Made by a program: the position numbers and the translations under genes
In this document: one piece after another, positions 1-12,499 of the stretch
Position numbering within the stretch: the stretch's first letter is position 1
Layout: each line of letters starts with the position of its first letter
The notes under the pieces: generated by a model
The model's database searches: none
What the model was told of the DNA's origin: nothing
Seen by the model: the letters and a program-made list of their open reading frames with translations, nothing else
Source of the DNA: Squalus acanthias
Lineage: Eukaryota
Reading direction: 5' to 3'
DNA: 64,000 nucleotides
NCBI GenBank assembly: GCA_030390025.1
Contig: JASTWF010000244.1
Location: forward strand, 62,001 to 126,000

Positions 1-1433
1 CGCAAACGAGACTCCAGGATGGTATGTTGCCTCCCTGGTGCAAGGGTCAAGGATGTCTCGGAGCAGCTGCAGGGCATTCTGGAGGGGGAGGGTGAACAGC
101 CAGTTGTCGTGGTGCATATAGGTACCAACGATATAGGTAAAAAACGGGATGAGGTCCTAAAAGCTGAATATAGGGAGTTAGGGGGTAAATTAAAAAAATA
201 GGACCTCAAATGTAGTAATCTCAGGATTGCTACCAGTCCCACGTGCTAGTCAGAGTAGAAATAGAAGGATATTTCAGATGAATACGTGGCTAGAGGAATG
301 GTGCAAGGGGGAGGGATTCAAATTCCTGGGACATTGGAACCGGTTCTGGGGGGAGGTGGGACCAGTACAAACTGGACGGTTTGCACCTGGGCAGGACTGG
401 GACCGATGTCCTAGGGGGGAGTGTTTGCTGGTGCTGTTGGGGAGGGTTTAAACTAAAATGGCAGGGGGTTGGGAACCTGTGCAGGGAGACAGAGGAAAGG
501 GAAGCAAGGAGAGAAGCAAAAGACAGGAAGGAGAAAAGCAAAAGTGGAAGTCAGAGAAATCAAGGGAGTAAATCAAACATGGCCACAGTAAACAATAATT
601 CTAAAAGGTCTAAGAGTGTTAAAAAAAACAAGCCTGAAGGCTTTGTGTCTTAATGCAAGGAGCATTCGTAATAAGGTGGATGAATTAGCTGCGTAAATAG
701 ATGTAAACGGATAAGATATAATTGGGATTACGGAGACATGGCTCCAGGGTGACCAAGGCTGGGAATTCAACATCCAGGGGTATTCAATATTCAGGAAGGA
801 CAGGCAAAAAGGAAAAGGAGGTGGGGTAGCATTGCTGGTTAAAGAGGAGATTAACACAATAGTAAGGAAGGATATTAGCTCTATCAGCGAGTGCGAGTCA
901 GCAGAGAGTGCTGAGTTTGGGTAAGTGTGAGAGTTCTTTAATTGTTAGTTCTCTTTAAATCATTCTTGATAAGAGTACTTAAGCAGTTTATGTGAAGGGG
1001 AAAAGTTAAATATTTGGGATTCTGTTGGTTTAAGAAGAGTAAAACAAGGTTACACTGCAGTAGGAGTAAATTGGCACAGCAGGCAGTGGAAACCAGTTTT
1101 CTAATCAATCAGCAGGGGTGACTCATTTGGCTGTAAACAAACAAACAGTATAAAAAGACCAGTGCTAGTGCGAGTCAGCAGAGAGTGCTGAGTTTGGGTA
1201 AGTGTGAGTTTGGGTGAGTGGGGTGTAGGGTGCTCTTTTCAAACTTTAACTCTGTGGGTTGTAGTTAATAAGGCCTTTCTGGTGTAGAGTGACTGTTGGT
1301 AAACCATTTAACTGGTGTAATTTAGAGGGATTGATTTAATTTAAATCCAATTAATTAGAGGGGATACTAGCATCTATAATCGGGCAGAGAGTGTCCATAA
1401 CGCACAATAAATTTTTTTAATTAATTACATAGA

Positions 1434-2334
1434 ATGGAGCAGGTGATGTTACTGTTGCGAGATGTGGGAGCCGGTGGACCCCACTGAGGCTTACGGTGAT
1501 TACATCTGTGACAAGTGTCTGCTGCTACAGGAACTCCAGCTCCGTGTTGATGAGCTTCAGACACTGTGACACATCAGGGAGGGGGAGAAGTACCTGGACT
1601 CTGTGTTTCAGGAGGTGGTCACACCTATGAAGTTAATTAATTCAGATGTAGCCCATGGTCAGGGACAGGACGGTGTGACTACGAGTGAAGCAAGTACGGG
1701 GATCCAGGAGGTAGCTCTTGTCCAACAGGTTCGAGGTTCTTACTCCCTGTGGGGACAGGAGCAGGGCCTGCAGGGAGGATGAGCAACCTGGCCACAGCAC
1801 CGTGGAACGGGGGGCCATTCAAGAGGGGGGAGTAAATAGAAATGTTGTAGTGGTAGGGGATAGTATTATTAGGGGGATAGATAGAGTTCTCTGCAGCCGA
1901 GAGCGAGAGTCCCGTAGGCTGTGTTGCCTGCCCGGTGCCAGGGTTAAGGACATCTCCTCTGGGCTGGAAAGAAACTTGCAGTGGGAGGGGGTGGATCCAG
2001 TTGTCGTGGTCCGTGTTGGTACAAACGACGTAGATACGACAAGGAAGCCGGTTCTGTTAAAGGAGTATGAGCAGCTAGGGGTCAAATTAAAAAACAGAAC
2101 CTCAAGGGTAATAATGAGCCACGAGCGAATTTGGCTAGGTCAAATCAAATTAGAGAGTTAAATAAGTGGCTCAAAGACTGGTGTGGGAGAAATGGGTTTT
2201 GCTTCCTGGGACACTGGCACCAGTACTGGGGCAGGAGGGAGCTGTTCCGTTGGGACGGGCTTCACTTGGCCAGTGCTGGGACTAGAGTCCTGGCGGATCA
2301 TATAACTAGGGCTGTAGAGAGGGCTTTAAACTAA
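1434..2334 (+). pseudogene. CR1-B ORF1 (Cys zinc-finger, coiled coil, SGNH esterase), frameshifted
   Basis: CxxCEMWE...CDKC motif, then VVVVGDSIIRG, CCLPGA, GTND, DGLHL across broken frames. Confidence 0.85.
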
Positions 2335-2372
2335 CTAGTGGGGGGGAGGTTCCTAGAGAGCAAATAATAAAA

Positions 2373-5352
2373 ATGACAACAGAGAAGGTCATAGACTTAG
2401 GTAGCAGTGGGGAAATTAAAAACCAGAGTGTGTCAGGAAGGGGCAGAAGGTATGGAGTAAAAGGTAAAGTAATAAAAAGGGCAAAAGCAGGAACTAAGTG
2501 TCACAAAACATATTTGAAAGTTCTCTATCTGAATGCACGTAGCATTCGTAACAAAATAGACGAGTTAATGGCACAAATAACTACATATGGGTATGATCTT
2601 GTGGCCATTACAGAAACATGGCTGCAGGGTGACAATGCCTGGGAATTAAACATACCAGGTTATTTAACGATCAGGAAGGACAGGCAGGAAGGAAGGGGAG
2701 GTGGGGTGGCTATGTTAATAAAGGAAGGAATCACTGTAATACAGAGAAATGATATTGGGTCAAAAGATCAGGATAATGAAACAGTTTGGGTGGAGATAAG
2801 GAATAATAAGGGGAAAAAAACACTAGTGGGCGTAGTCTATAGGCCTCCGAACAGTTGCAACTCTGTTGGACGGAGTATCAATCAGGAAATAGTTGAGGCT
2901 TGTAATAAGGGAACATCTATAATTATGGGGGATTTTAACTATCATATTAATTGGACAAATCAAATTGGGCAGTGCTGCCTTGAGGATGAGTTCATTGAGA
3001 GTATTAGGGATGGGTTTCTTGAGCAGTATGTAACTGAACCGACCAGGGAGCAAGCAACCTTAGATCTGGTCCTGTGTAACGAGACAGGATTAATTAAAAA
3101 TGTCCAAGTAAAGGATCCCCTTGGAATGAGTGACCATAACATGGTTGAATTCCATATTCAATTAGAGGGTGAGAAAGTTGGATCTCAAACAAGCGTGCTA
3201 AGCTTGAATAAAGGTGACTATGAAGGTATGCGAGCGGAATTGAGTAGAGTGGATTGGGAAAATAGATTAAAGGGTAAGACGATACATGATCAGTGGTGTA
3301 CATTTAAGGAGTTATTTTACAACTTCCAAAAAAAATATATTCCACTGAGAAGAAAAGGGTGTAAAAGAAAAGACAGTCATCCGTGGCTAAGTAAAGAAAT
3401 TAAGGATAGTATTCGACTAAAAACAAGGGCTTATAAGGTAGCCAAATCTAGTGGGAGGATAGAGGATTGGGAAAACTTTAAAAGACAGCAAAAAGTAACA
3501 AAAAGATTGATTAAGAAAAGGGAGATAGATTATGAAAGTAAATTAGCAAAAAATATAAAAACAGATAGTAAGAGTTTTTATAGTTATATAAAAAGAAAAT
3601 GGGTGGCTAAAGTAAATGTTGGTCCCTTAGAGGATGAGACCGGGAAATTAATGGTGGGAAATATGGAGATGGCAAATACACTGAATGAATATTTTATATC
3701 AGTCTTTACAGTAGAGGACACTAAGAATATCCCAACACTGGACAAACAGGGGGCTATAGGGGGGGAGGAGCTAAACACGATCAAAATCACTAAGGAAGTG
3801 GTACTCGGTAAAATAATAGGACTCAAGGCGGATAAATCACCTGGACCTGATGGCTTACATCCTAGGGTCTTGAGGGAAGTGGCGGTAGGGATTGTGGATG
3901 CATTGGTAATAATTTTCCAAAACTCCCTGGACTCAGCAAAGATCCCGGCAGACTGGAAAACTGCTAATGAAACACCCTTATTTAAAAAGGGCAGTAGACA
4001 GAAGGCTGGAAACTATAGACCGGTTAGCCTAACATCTGTGGTAGGTAAAATTTTGGAGTCCATTATTAAGGAGACAGTAACGGGACATTTGGATAATCAT
4101 AATTTAATAGGATAAAGTCAGCATGGTTTTATGAAGGGGAAGTCATGTTTGACAAATTTGTTAAAGTTCTTTGAGGAAGTGAGGTGGATAAATGGGAACC
4201 AGTGGATGTGGTGTATTTAGACTTCCAAAAGGCATTTGACAAGGTGCCACACAAAAGATTATTGCTTAAGATAAAAAAAATCACGGGATTGGGGGTAATA
4301 TTCTGGCATGGATAGAGGATTGGCTATCTAACAGAAGGCAGAGAGTTGGGATAAATGGTTCATTCCCAGACTGGCAATCAGTAACTAGTGGTGTTCCGCA
4401 GGGGTCAGTGCTGGGTCCCCAACTCTTTACAATCTATATTAACGATTTGGAGGAGGGGACCGAGTGTAACATATCAAAGTTTGCAGATGATACTAAGATG
4501 GGAGGGAAAGTAGTGAGTGAGGAGGACATAAAAAATCTGCAAGGGGACATAGACAGGCTAAGTAAGTGGGCAGAGATTTGGCAGATGGAATACAATACTG
4601 GAAAGTGTGAGGTTATGCACTTTGGCAGGAAAAATAGTAGAGCCAGTTATTATCTTAATGGCAAGAAACTGGAAAGTACTGAAGTACAAAGGGATCTGGG
4701 GGTCCTGGTGCACAAAACTCAAAAGGTTAGTATGCAGGTGCAGCAAGTGATTAAGAAGGCCAATGGAATGTTGGCTTTCAGTGCTAGGGGGATAGAATAT
4801 AAAAATAGGGAGGTATTGCTTCAGTTGTGTAAGGTATTGGTGAGACCGCACCTGGAATACTGCATACAGTTTTGGTGTCCATACTTAAGAAAAGACATAC
4901 TTGCTCTCGAGTCAGTGCAAAGAAGGTTCACTCGGTTAATCCCAGGGATGAGGGGATGGACATATGAGGAGAGGTTGGGTAGATTGGGACTCTACTCATT
5001 GGAGTTCAGAAGAATGAGAGGCGATCTTATTGAAACATATAAGATTGTGAAGGGGTTGGATCGGGTGGATGCAGGGAGGATGTTTCCGATGATGGGTGAA
5101 ACTAGAACTAGGGGGCATAGTCTTAGAATAAGGGGCTGCTCTTTCAAAACTGAGATGAGAAGGAACTACTTCACTCAGAGGGTGGTAGGTCCATGGATTA
5201 TGCTGCCACAAAAAGCTGTAGAAGCTACATCATTAAATAAATTTAAAACAGAAATAGACAGTTTCCTAGAAGTAAAGGGAATTAGGGGTTACGGGGAGCG
5301 GGCAGGAATTTGGACATGTCTAGGTTCGGCTCGGTCATGGCCCTGTGGGTAG
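2373..5352 (+). pseudogene. CR1-B ORF2 (APE endonuclease + RT), disrupted
   Basis: ORFs 2373-4115 (NARSIRNK, ITETWL, GDFN, SDH) and 4408-5352 (FADD); stop at 4113-4115 and indels in between. Confidence 0.92.
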
Positions 5353-6357
5353 CGTAGCGGGCCCAGGGGCCGTGTAGCCTGATCCTGCTCCTATTTCGTG
5401 TGTCCAATTCTGTTAGGTTCAGGAGACGGTTCTGTGATAGTAGATTGGCGGTTAGGATCAGATCAGCCATGATCTTATTGAATGGCGGAGCAGGCTCGAG
5501 GGGCCAATTGGCCTACTGCTGCTCCTATTTCTTATGTTCTTATGATGTGGACTCTGTATGGGTAGAGCTGAGAAATACCATGGGGCAGAAAATGTTAGTG
5601 GGAGTTGTATACAGCCCCCCAAACAGTAATGCTGAGGTTGGGGATGGCATTAAACGGGAAATTAGAGACGCGTGCAATAAGGGCACAGCAGTTATCATGG
5701 GTGACTTTAATCTACATATAGATTGGGCTAACCAAATTAGTAACAATACTGTGGAGGAGGAATTCCTAGAGTGTATACGGCTTGGTTTCCTGGACCAATA
5801 TGTCGAGGAACCAACTAGAGATCAGGCCATCTTAGACTGGGTATTATGTAATGAGAAAGGATTAATTAGCAATCTTGTTGTGCGAGGCCTCTTGGGGAGG
5901 AGCGATCATAATATGATAGAATTCTTCATTAAGATGGAGAGTGAAGTAGTTGACTCAGAGACTAGGGTCCTGAATTTAAATAAAGGAAACTACGATGGTA
6001 TGAGGCGCGAGTTGGCTAGGATGGATTGGGGAATGTTACTTAAAGGGTTGACGGTGGATAGGCAATGGCAAACATTTAAAGATCGCATGGATGAACTACA
6101 GAATTTGTTCATCCTGTTTGGCATAAAAATAAAACAAAAAAGGTGACTCAACCGTGGCTAACAAGGGAAATTAGGGATAGCATAAGATCCAAGGAGAGGA
6201 CATATAATTGGCCAGAAAAAGCAGCAAACCTGAGAATTAGGAGCAGTTTAGGATTCAGCAAAGGAGGACAAAGGGATTAATTAAGAGGGGGGAAATAGAG
6301 TATGAGAGTAAGCTTTCAGGGAACATAAAAACTGACTGTAAAAGCTTCTATAGATAT

Positions 6358-8094
6358 GTGAAGAGAAAAAGATTGGTGAAGTCAAGCGCAGGTCCCTTGC
6401 AGTCAGAATCAGGGGAATTTATAATGGGGAACAAAGAAATGGCAGACCAATTAAATACATACTTTGGTTCTGTCTTCACAAAGGAGGACACAAATAACCT
6501 CCCAGAGATGTCGGGGAACAGAGGGTCTAATGAGAGGGAGGAACTGAATGAAATCAGTATTTGTAGGGAAATGGTGTTAGGGAAATTGACCGGATTGAAG
6601 GCCGATAAATCCCCAGCGCCTGATAATCTACATCCTAGGGTACTTAAGGAAGTGGCCCTAGAAATAGTAGATGCATTGCTGGTCATCTTCCAAAATTTTA
6701 TACACTCTGGAACAATTCCCATGGATTGGAGGGTAGCTAATGTAACCCCACTATTTAAAAAAGGTGGTAGAGAGAAAACGAGGAATTATAGACCGGTAAG
6801 CCTGACATCGGTAGTGGGGAAAATGCTAGAGTCCATTACAAAAGATGTAATAGCAGAGCACTTGGAAAACAGTGATAGGATCGGACAAAGTCAACATGGA
6901 TTTACAAAAGGTAAATCATGCTTGACTAATCTACTGAAATTTTTTGAGGATGTAACTGGTAGAATAGATAAGAGAGAACCAGTGGATGTGGTGTATTTGG
7001 ACTTTCAGAAGGCTTTCGATAAGGTCCCGCATAAGAGATTAGCGTGCAAAGTTAAAGCACATGGGATTGGGGGTAAGGTACTGACTTGGATAGAGAACTG
7101 GTTGGCAGACAGGAAGCAAAGAGTTGGAATAAACGGGTCTTTTTCCGAGTGGCAGGCAGTGACTAGTGGGGTACCGCAGGGATCGGTGCTAGGACCCCAG
7201 CTATTCACAATATATATTAATAATCTAGACAAGGGAACTAGATGTAATATCTCCAAGTTTACAGACGACACAAAGCTGGGTGGGCGTGTGTGCTGTGAGG
7301 AGGATGCAGAGAAAGTCCAGTATGATTTGGACAGGTTGGGTGATTGGGCAGATGCATGGCAGATGCAGTATAATGTGGATAAATGCGAGGTTATGCACTT
7401 TGGTGGCAAAAATAGGAAGGCAGATTATTATCTGAACGGCAATAGATTGGGAAAAGGGGAAGTGCAACGAGACCTGGGTGTCCTTGTGCACCAGTCGCTG
7501 AAGGTAAGCATGCAGGTGCAGCAGGCAGTTAAGAAAGCAAATGGTATGTTGGCCTTCATAGCGAGAGGATTCGAGTACAGGAGCAAGGATGTCTTGCTTC
7601 AGTTGTACAGGGCCTTGGTAAGACCACACCTTGAGTATTGTGTGCAGTTTTGGTCGCCTTATCTGAGGAAGGATGTTCTTGCCATGGAGGGGGTGCAGCA
7701 AAGATTCACCAGACTGATACCTGGGATGGCAGGAATGACGTATGAGGAGAGATTGGGTCGGTTAGGCTTATATTCGCTGGAATTTAGAAGAATGAGAGGG
7801 GATCTCATTGAATCTTATAAAATTCTAACAGGACTAGACACACTAGATGCAGGAAGGATGTTCCCGATGGCGGGGGAGTCCAGAACCAGGGGCCGCAGTC
7901 TAAGGATAAGGGGTAAGCCATTTAGGACTAAGATGAGGAGGAATTTCTTCACCCAGAGAGTGGTGAACCTGTGGAATTCTCTACCACACAAGGCAGTTGA
8001 GGCCAATTCATTAAATATATTCAAGAAGGAGTTAGATATATTTCTTAAGGCTAAAGGGATCAAGGGATATGGGGAGAAAGCAGGGACAGGGTAG
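6358..8094 (+). pseudogene. CR1-A ORF2 reverse transcriptase portion (upstream endonuclease part disrupted)
   Basis: 578-aa open frame with RT motifs; upstream ORF2 has stops, a frameshift near 6140 and a nested insertion. Confidence 0.9.
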
Positions 8095-8328
8095 TGAATT
8101 TGGATGATCAGCCATGATCTCATTAAATGGCGGAACAGGCTCGAGGGGCCAAATGGCCTACTCCTGCTCCTATCTTCTATGTTTCTATGTAATGCAGTTC
8201 TGCCATCTGTAGACTCTAAATCATAGAAAATTCAGACAGCAAAATAATATTTTCTTGCTCTTAATAACTCGTAAAAATTCTTTCAGTTTAAATAAGTGAT
8301 TTCTTTGTTTTGTTTTTCTTTCTCAAAG

Positions 8329-8709
8329 TGCCACCAAAGATTTCAAACATTGTGGTGGCACCTCACACCAATCATAATGAGTCTGTGGCCTTGGCTTGTC
8401 CAATCAATGGATTTAAACCAAGACCATTAAGTATCATATGGCAACAAATCGGAAAGAATAATGAATTGAAAGAAATCGTTCAGCTGGATAAGGACAACAA
8501 AACAATCTATCCTAGTGACAAAGGGAAGAAGTCCAAGTATCACCATTCCATCAGTGAGATGGAGTGTGACGACAAAACATACAACATCACCAGTGTACTC
8601 GTTATTGTGCCAGATATACTGCAAGACCAGGACACGAAGTTCATCTGTAAGGTGCAGCATGAGTGCACCGGCAGTGACCAACAGAGAGAAATAATTCTAA
8701 AGATTAGAG
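8329..8709 (+). CDS. Ig C1-set-like exon A, copy 1 (127 codons, phase 1-1)
   Basis: Polypyrimidine-AAAG acceptor, GTATGT donor at 8710; LACPINGFKP, W, FICKVQH motifs. Confidence 0.9.
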
Positions 8710-9169
8710 GTATGTAATATTTTTGACAATACCTTGTATAGAACAATGGATTACATTTTGTTTCCAGATACTGTTTCGTTGTTTTTTGTAATGCAACAAA
8801 ATTGCTAATTTTGTTTGGCAAATCCTGTGAAGAGTGACATGTCCTCAGCGCTGTATTTCTCTAATTACTCCTTGAAGACAGTGATAATTTTACAAGGGAA
8901 GTATTCAGAATGCATCCAAGAATATTCAGAACTCAAATATTTAATGGGGAAACATATTAGCTGATTACCCTGGAGTCACTGATTTAAATGAGCTTGTTGT
9001 GTAACTTTTTATTTTATACTTGGGTCTTATTTCAATATTTTCAGAACACAATGGATTAAATGTTCTGGTCATTGGCTGTGGATAGGCAGAGAATCTAGTC
9101 CACAATATCTCTAATCTGCTTGTGTTAAAGCCTGCGGTAATTTTCTTTTTGTGTGGTTTTTTTTTCCAG

Positions 9170-9466
9170 CCACTCCAAAACTGGACCCGATAAAGTATGA
9201 AGCAGAAGAGGCTGTGACTTTAAACTGTCGAATACATTCTTTTTACCCCATTAAAATCACAGTTACATGGCTCAAAAATGGTGAGAAAATGACAGAAAAA
9301 TCCAAAGTTAGTGCGGCAACTCTGGGAAAGGATGGACTCTATTACTTGACAAGTAGTGTGAAGATTGTACCTACCAGAGCTGATGTTGAGAAGAAATACA
9401 CATGTCAAGTAGAACATGAGAGCCTAACAGAGCCAGTGGAAGCTGACTGGGTACTCGGTCAACTGG
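9170..9466 (+). CDS. Canonical Ig C1-set exon B, copy 1 (99 codons, phase 1-1)
   Basis: TTTCCAG acceptor, GTAAGT donor at 9467; LNCRIHSFYP, VTWLKNG, YTCQVEHESL. Confidence 0.92.
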
Positions 9467-9669
9467 GTAAGTAACCAAGTTCTGACCAGAGTATGACTAT
9501 TACTATTTTTTTCTGAACATTTCTTATAAAAACATAACTTGCTGTGGCAGGGCATCGAACGGCATCTGCTGTTAGTTAGATTTGCCCTTGTATGATTTAG
9601 GTTTTAAAATTTTTGGCGTGGCAAGTTGCTGGAAGTGCGAGCTGATAACATCACAGCGAGGGAAACCAG

Positions 9670-10528
9670 GGCCTGAATTTTCCCAGTCCCAAGTGTGCGG
9701 GTTTGGGGGTGGGTCAGCAGTAAAAATCGCCGAAAAAAATAATTCTTAAAATTATTTAAACATGAAAAAACTTTAAAATTAGTTATAGGTTATTTTTAGA
9801 CCATTAAAATGTTTACATTTATTTTTCAAAAAATTAAATTGTTTTAATTGTTTAATTTAATTGTATTTTAATTAATTTTGAACATGTAATGATTTTATTT
9901 TTATTTACCTGGTGTGTAATTGTGTTTTTTAGGGGATTCCGTACGTAAATGGAATTCCCACAGGATAATGGGGTCCCCCTGTTTGGTTGGCCTGGCCTAC
10001 GTGATCCCAGGGACACTTGCGAACCGCATGCGCCCTGGGATACGTGGGCCTTTACGAATGTATGAATGGGGATCACTCAAAAAACACACTAAAACATTAA
10101 ATACATTTTTTTTTAATCACGTTTTTAAATGAGTTAAAAATATTTTAAACAAAAATTTAATTTATTGAATTTTTTTTTACTGGGCTAAAAATAAACTTTT
10201 TTAAAAAGTATTTTTAAATTATAAATGAGTGATTTTTTTTTACTTTTTTAATCTCTTTTGCTGGTAAAAGCAGGTCTTACGCCTGCTTTTACCAGGCGTA
10301 AGATTTTTAAAGGTTTTCAGCGGGCGGAGGTTCTGCAGAAAGCGGAACTCTCCACCCGCAGAGGCCCTTCTCCAGGGCAGGCGGATGATCTGTCAAGAGA
10401 ATTCTTGACAGATCGGAAGTGCCGGTTTTCAGTGCATGCACTTCAAATGCCTGAAACCGGCACTTGCGAGGCCCCGACAGGTGTGTACACAGCTCGAACA
10501 CAGCCATAGGTATCGGAAAATACGGGCC
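9670..10528. mobile_element. Harbinger-type MITE in the B-C intron (also in unit 2; truncated in unit 3)
   Basis: Imperfect TIRs GGCCTGAATTTTCC / GGAAAATACGGGCC, AT-rich internal inverted repeats, no ORF; TSD not clear. Confidence 0.6.
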
Positions 10529-10642
10529 ATTATCATGTCTTGTATATACACTTTTACCTGTAGTCCTAGCAAGAAAATAAAGCAGAGTAAACAAATGAGA
10601 ACATTTCGATTGTCAAGTTTTATTGACTTTTGTTTTGATTAG

Positions 10643-11083
10643 CTACTCCAAAAATTACTGAATTCAACAAAGCTCTCGACTTTCGCCATTTTGAGGTAGC
10701 CGTCATCCGTTGCCAAATTACCGGATTGAGACCACAGGGGATTAGACTTGCTTTATTCTTAAAGAGGAAGGGGGATGAAAACCAAAAGAAAATTTTTTGC
10801 TGGAATAGTATGGACCAGATCGCAAAGAACCAAGTAAAAACAAAGCACCACGGAAAACGAGATGAAGTGCAGCTTCTTATGAATGAGTATGAACAAGATG
10901 CATTCTTTAAGTCCTTGGAACCGGAATATGAAACTAACAGTGACGGAACTTCCAATTTAAAGTGCGCTATCAAAACGTATCCTGATTTATACAGCGATGA
11001 TGGGGCTGAATTAACTATTGAAGTTCAACATATAACTCTTGCGTCACCTGTTATGAAAACTGTAACACTGGATGTTAAAGGAG
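10643..11083 (+). CDS. Atypical Ig C1-like exon C, copy 1 (147 codons, phase 1-1)
   Basis: TTGATTAG acceptor, GTAAAT donor at 11084; ATPKI...IRCQITGLRP...NSDGT...LTIEVQH; open frame throughout. Confidence 0.85.
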
Positions 11084-11348
11084 GTAAATTATAAACATTT
11101 GCACTTAATCATTAATGTTTATGCTATGTGATTCTGTTCTTTTTTGTTAACTTGTGTATTTGTGCGTGTATTTGTGCGTATGAAGTGACATTCATGTGGT
11201 TAATAGTGGTAATGCAGTTCTGCCATCTGTAGACTCTAAATCATAGAAAATTCAGACAGCAAAATAATATTTTCTTGCTCTTATTAACTCGTAAAAATTC
11301 TTTCAGTTTAAATAAGCGATTTCTTTGTTTTGTTTTTCTTTCCCAAAG

Positions 11349-11729
11349 TGCCACCAAAGATTTCAAATATTGTGGTGCCACCTCACACCAATCATAATGA
11401 GTCTGTGGCCTTGGCTTGTCCAATCAATGGATTTAAACCAAGACCATTAAGTATCAAATGGCAACAAATCGGAAAGAATAATGATTTGAAAGAAATCGTT
11501 GCGCTGGATAAGGACAGCAGAACAATCTATCCTAGTGACAAAGGGAAGAAGTCCAAGTATCACCATTCCATCAGTGAGATGGAGTGTGACGACAAAACAT
11601 ACAACATCACCAGTGTACTAGTTATTGTGCCAGATATACTGCAAGACCAGGACACGAAGTTCATCTGTAAGGTACAGCATGAGTGCACCGGCAGTGACCA
11701 ACAGAGAGAAATAATTCTAAAGATTAGAG
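11349..11729 (+). CDS. Ig C1-set-like exon A, copy 2
   Basis: Same splice sites and motifs as copy 1; ORF 11330-11737. Confidence 0.9.
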
Positions 11730-12187
11730 GTATGTAATATTTTTGACAATACCTTGTATAGAACAATGGATTACATTTTGTTTCCAGATACTGTTTCCTT
11801 GTTTTTTGTAATGCAACAAAATTGCTAATTTTGTTTGGCAAATCCTGTGAAGAGTGACATGTCCTCAGCGCTGTATTTCTTTAATAACTCCTTGAAGACA
11901 GTGATACTTTTACAAGGGAAGTATTCAGAATGCATCCAAGAATATTCAGAACTCAAATATTTAATGGGGAAACATATTAGCTGATTACCCTGGAGTCACT
12001 GATTTAAATGAGCTTGTTGTGTAACTTTTTATTTTATACTTGGGTCTTATTTCAATATTTTCAGAACACAATGGATTAAATGTTCTGGTCATTGGCTGTG
12101 GATAGGCAGAGAATCTAGTCCACAATATCTCTAATCTGCTTGTGTTAAAGCCTGCGGTAATTTTCTTTTTGTGTGTTTTTTTTTCAG

Positions 12188-12499
12188 CCACTCCAAAACT
12201 GGACCCAATAAAGTATGAAGCAGAAAAACTAGTTGCAGAAGAGGCTGTGACTTTAAACTGTCGAATACATTCTTTTTACCCCAGTGAAATCACAGTTACA
12301 TGGCTCAAAAATGGTGAGAAAATGACAGAAAAATCCAAAGTTAGTGCGGCAACTCTGGGAAAGGATGGACTCTATTACTTGACAAGTAGTGTGAAGATTG
12401 TACCTACCAGAGCTGATGTTGAGAAGAAATACACATGTCAAGTAGAACATGAGAGCCTAACAGAGCCAGTGGAAGCTGACTGGGTACTCGGTCAACTGG
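12188..12499 (+). CDS. Ig C1-set exon B, copy 2 (104 codons)
   Basis: TTTCAG acceptor, GTAAGT donor; ORF 12142-12507. Confidence 0.92.

Larger units (their letters stand above)
883..5544 (+). mobile_element. Full-length CR1-clade LINE ('CR1-B') nested in the CR1-A endonuclease domain
   Basis: Host reads GATATTAGCTCT at 871-882 and resumes ATGATGTGG at 5542; the uninterrupted site GATATTAGCTCTGATGATGTGG is seen at ~61756. Insert has 5' UTR, ORF1, ORF2, 3' UTR and TTCTTATG tail. Confidence 0.95.
1..8190 (+). mobile_element. CR1-clade LINE ('CR1-A'); 5' end lies outside the window; split by a nested CR1 at 883-5541
   Basis: 1-450 SGNH-esterase ORF1 remnants (CCLPGA, HIGTND, DGLHL); APE endonuclease start at ~640-882 resumes at 5542; RT ORF 6358-8094 (QHGF, LDFQKAFD, GVPQGSVLGP, FTDD); 3' UTR and (TTCTATGT)n tail ending ~8190. 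Near-identical to the copy at 60.3-64 kb. Confidence 0.95.

Noticed and set aside
10258-10509. ORF conserved in repeat units 1 and 2 (MLVKAGLT...)
   Set aside because: Inside the intronic MITE; conserved only because the unit was recently duplicated.
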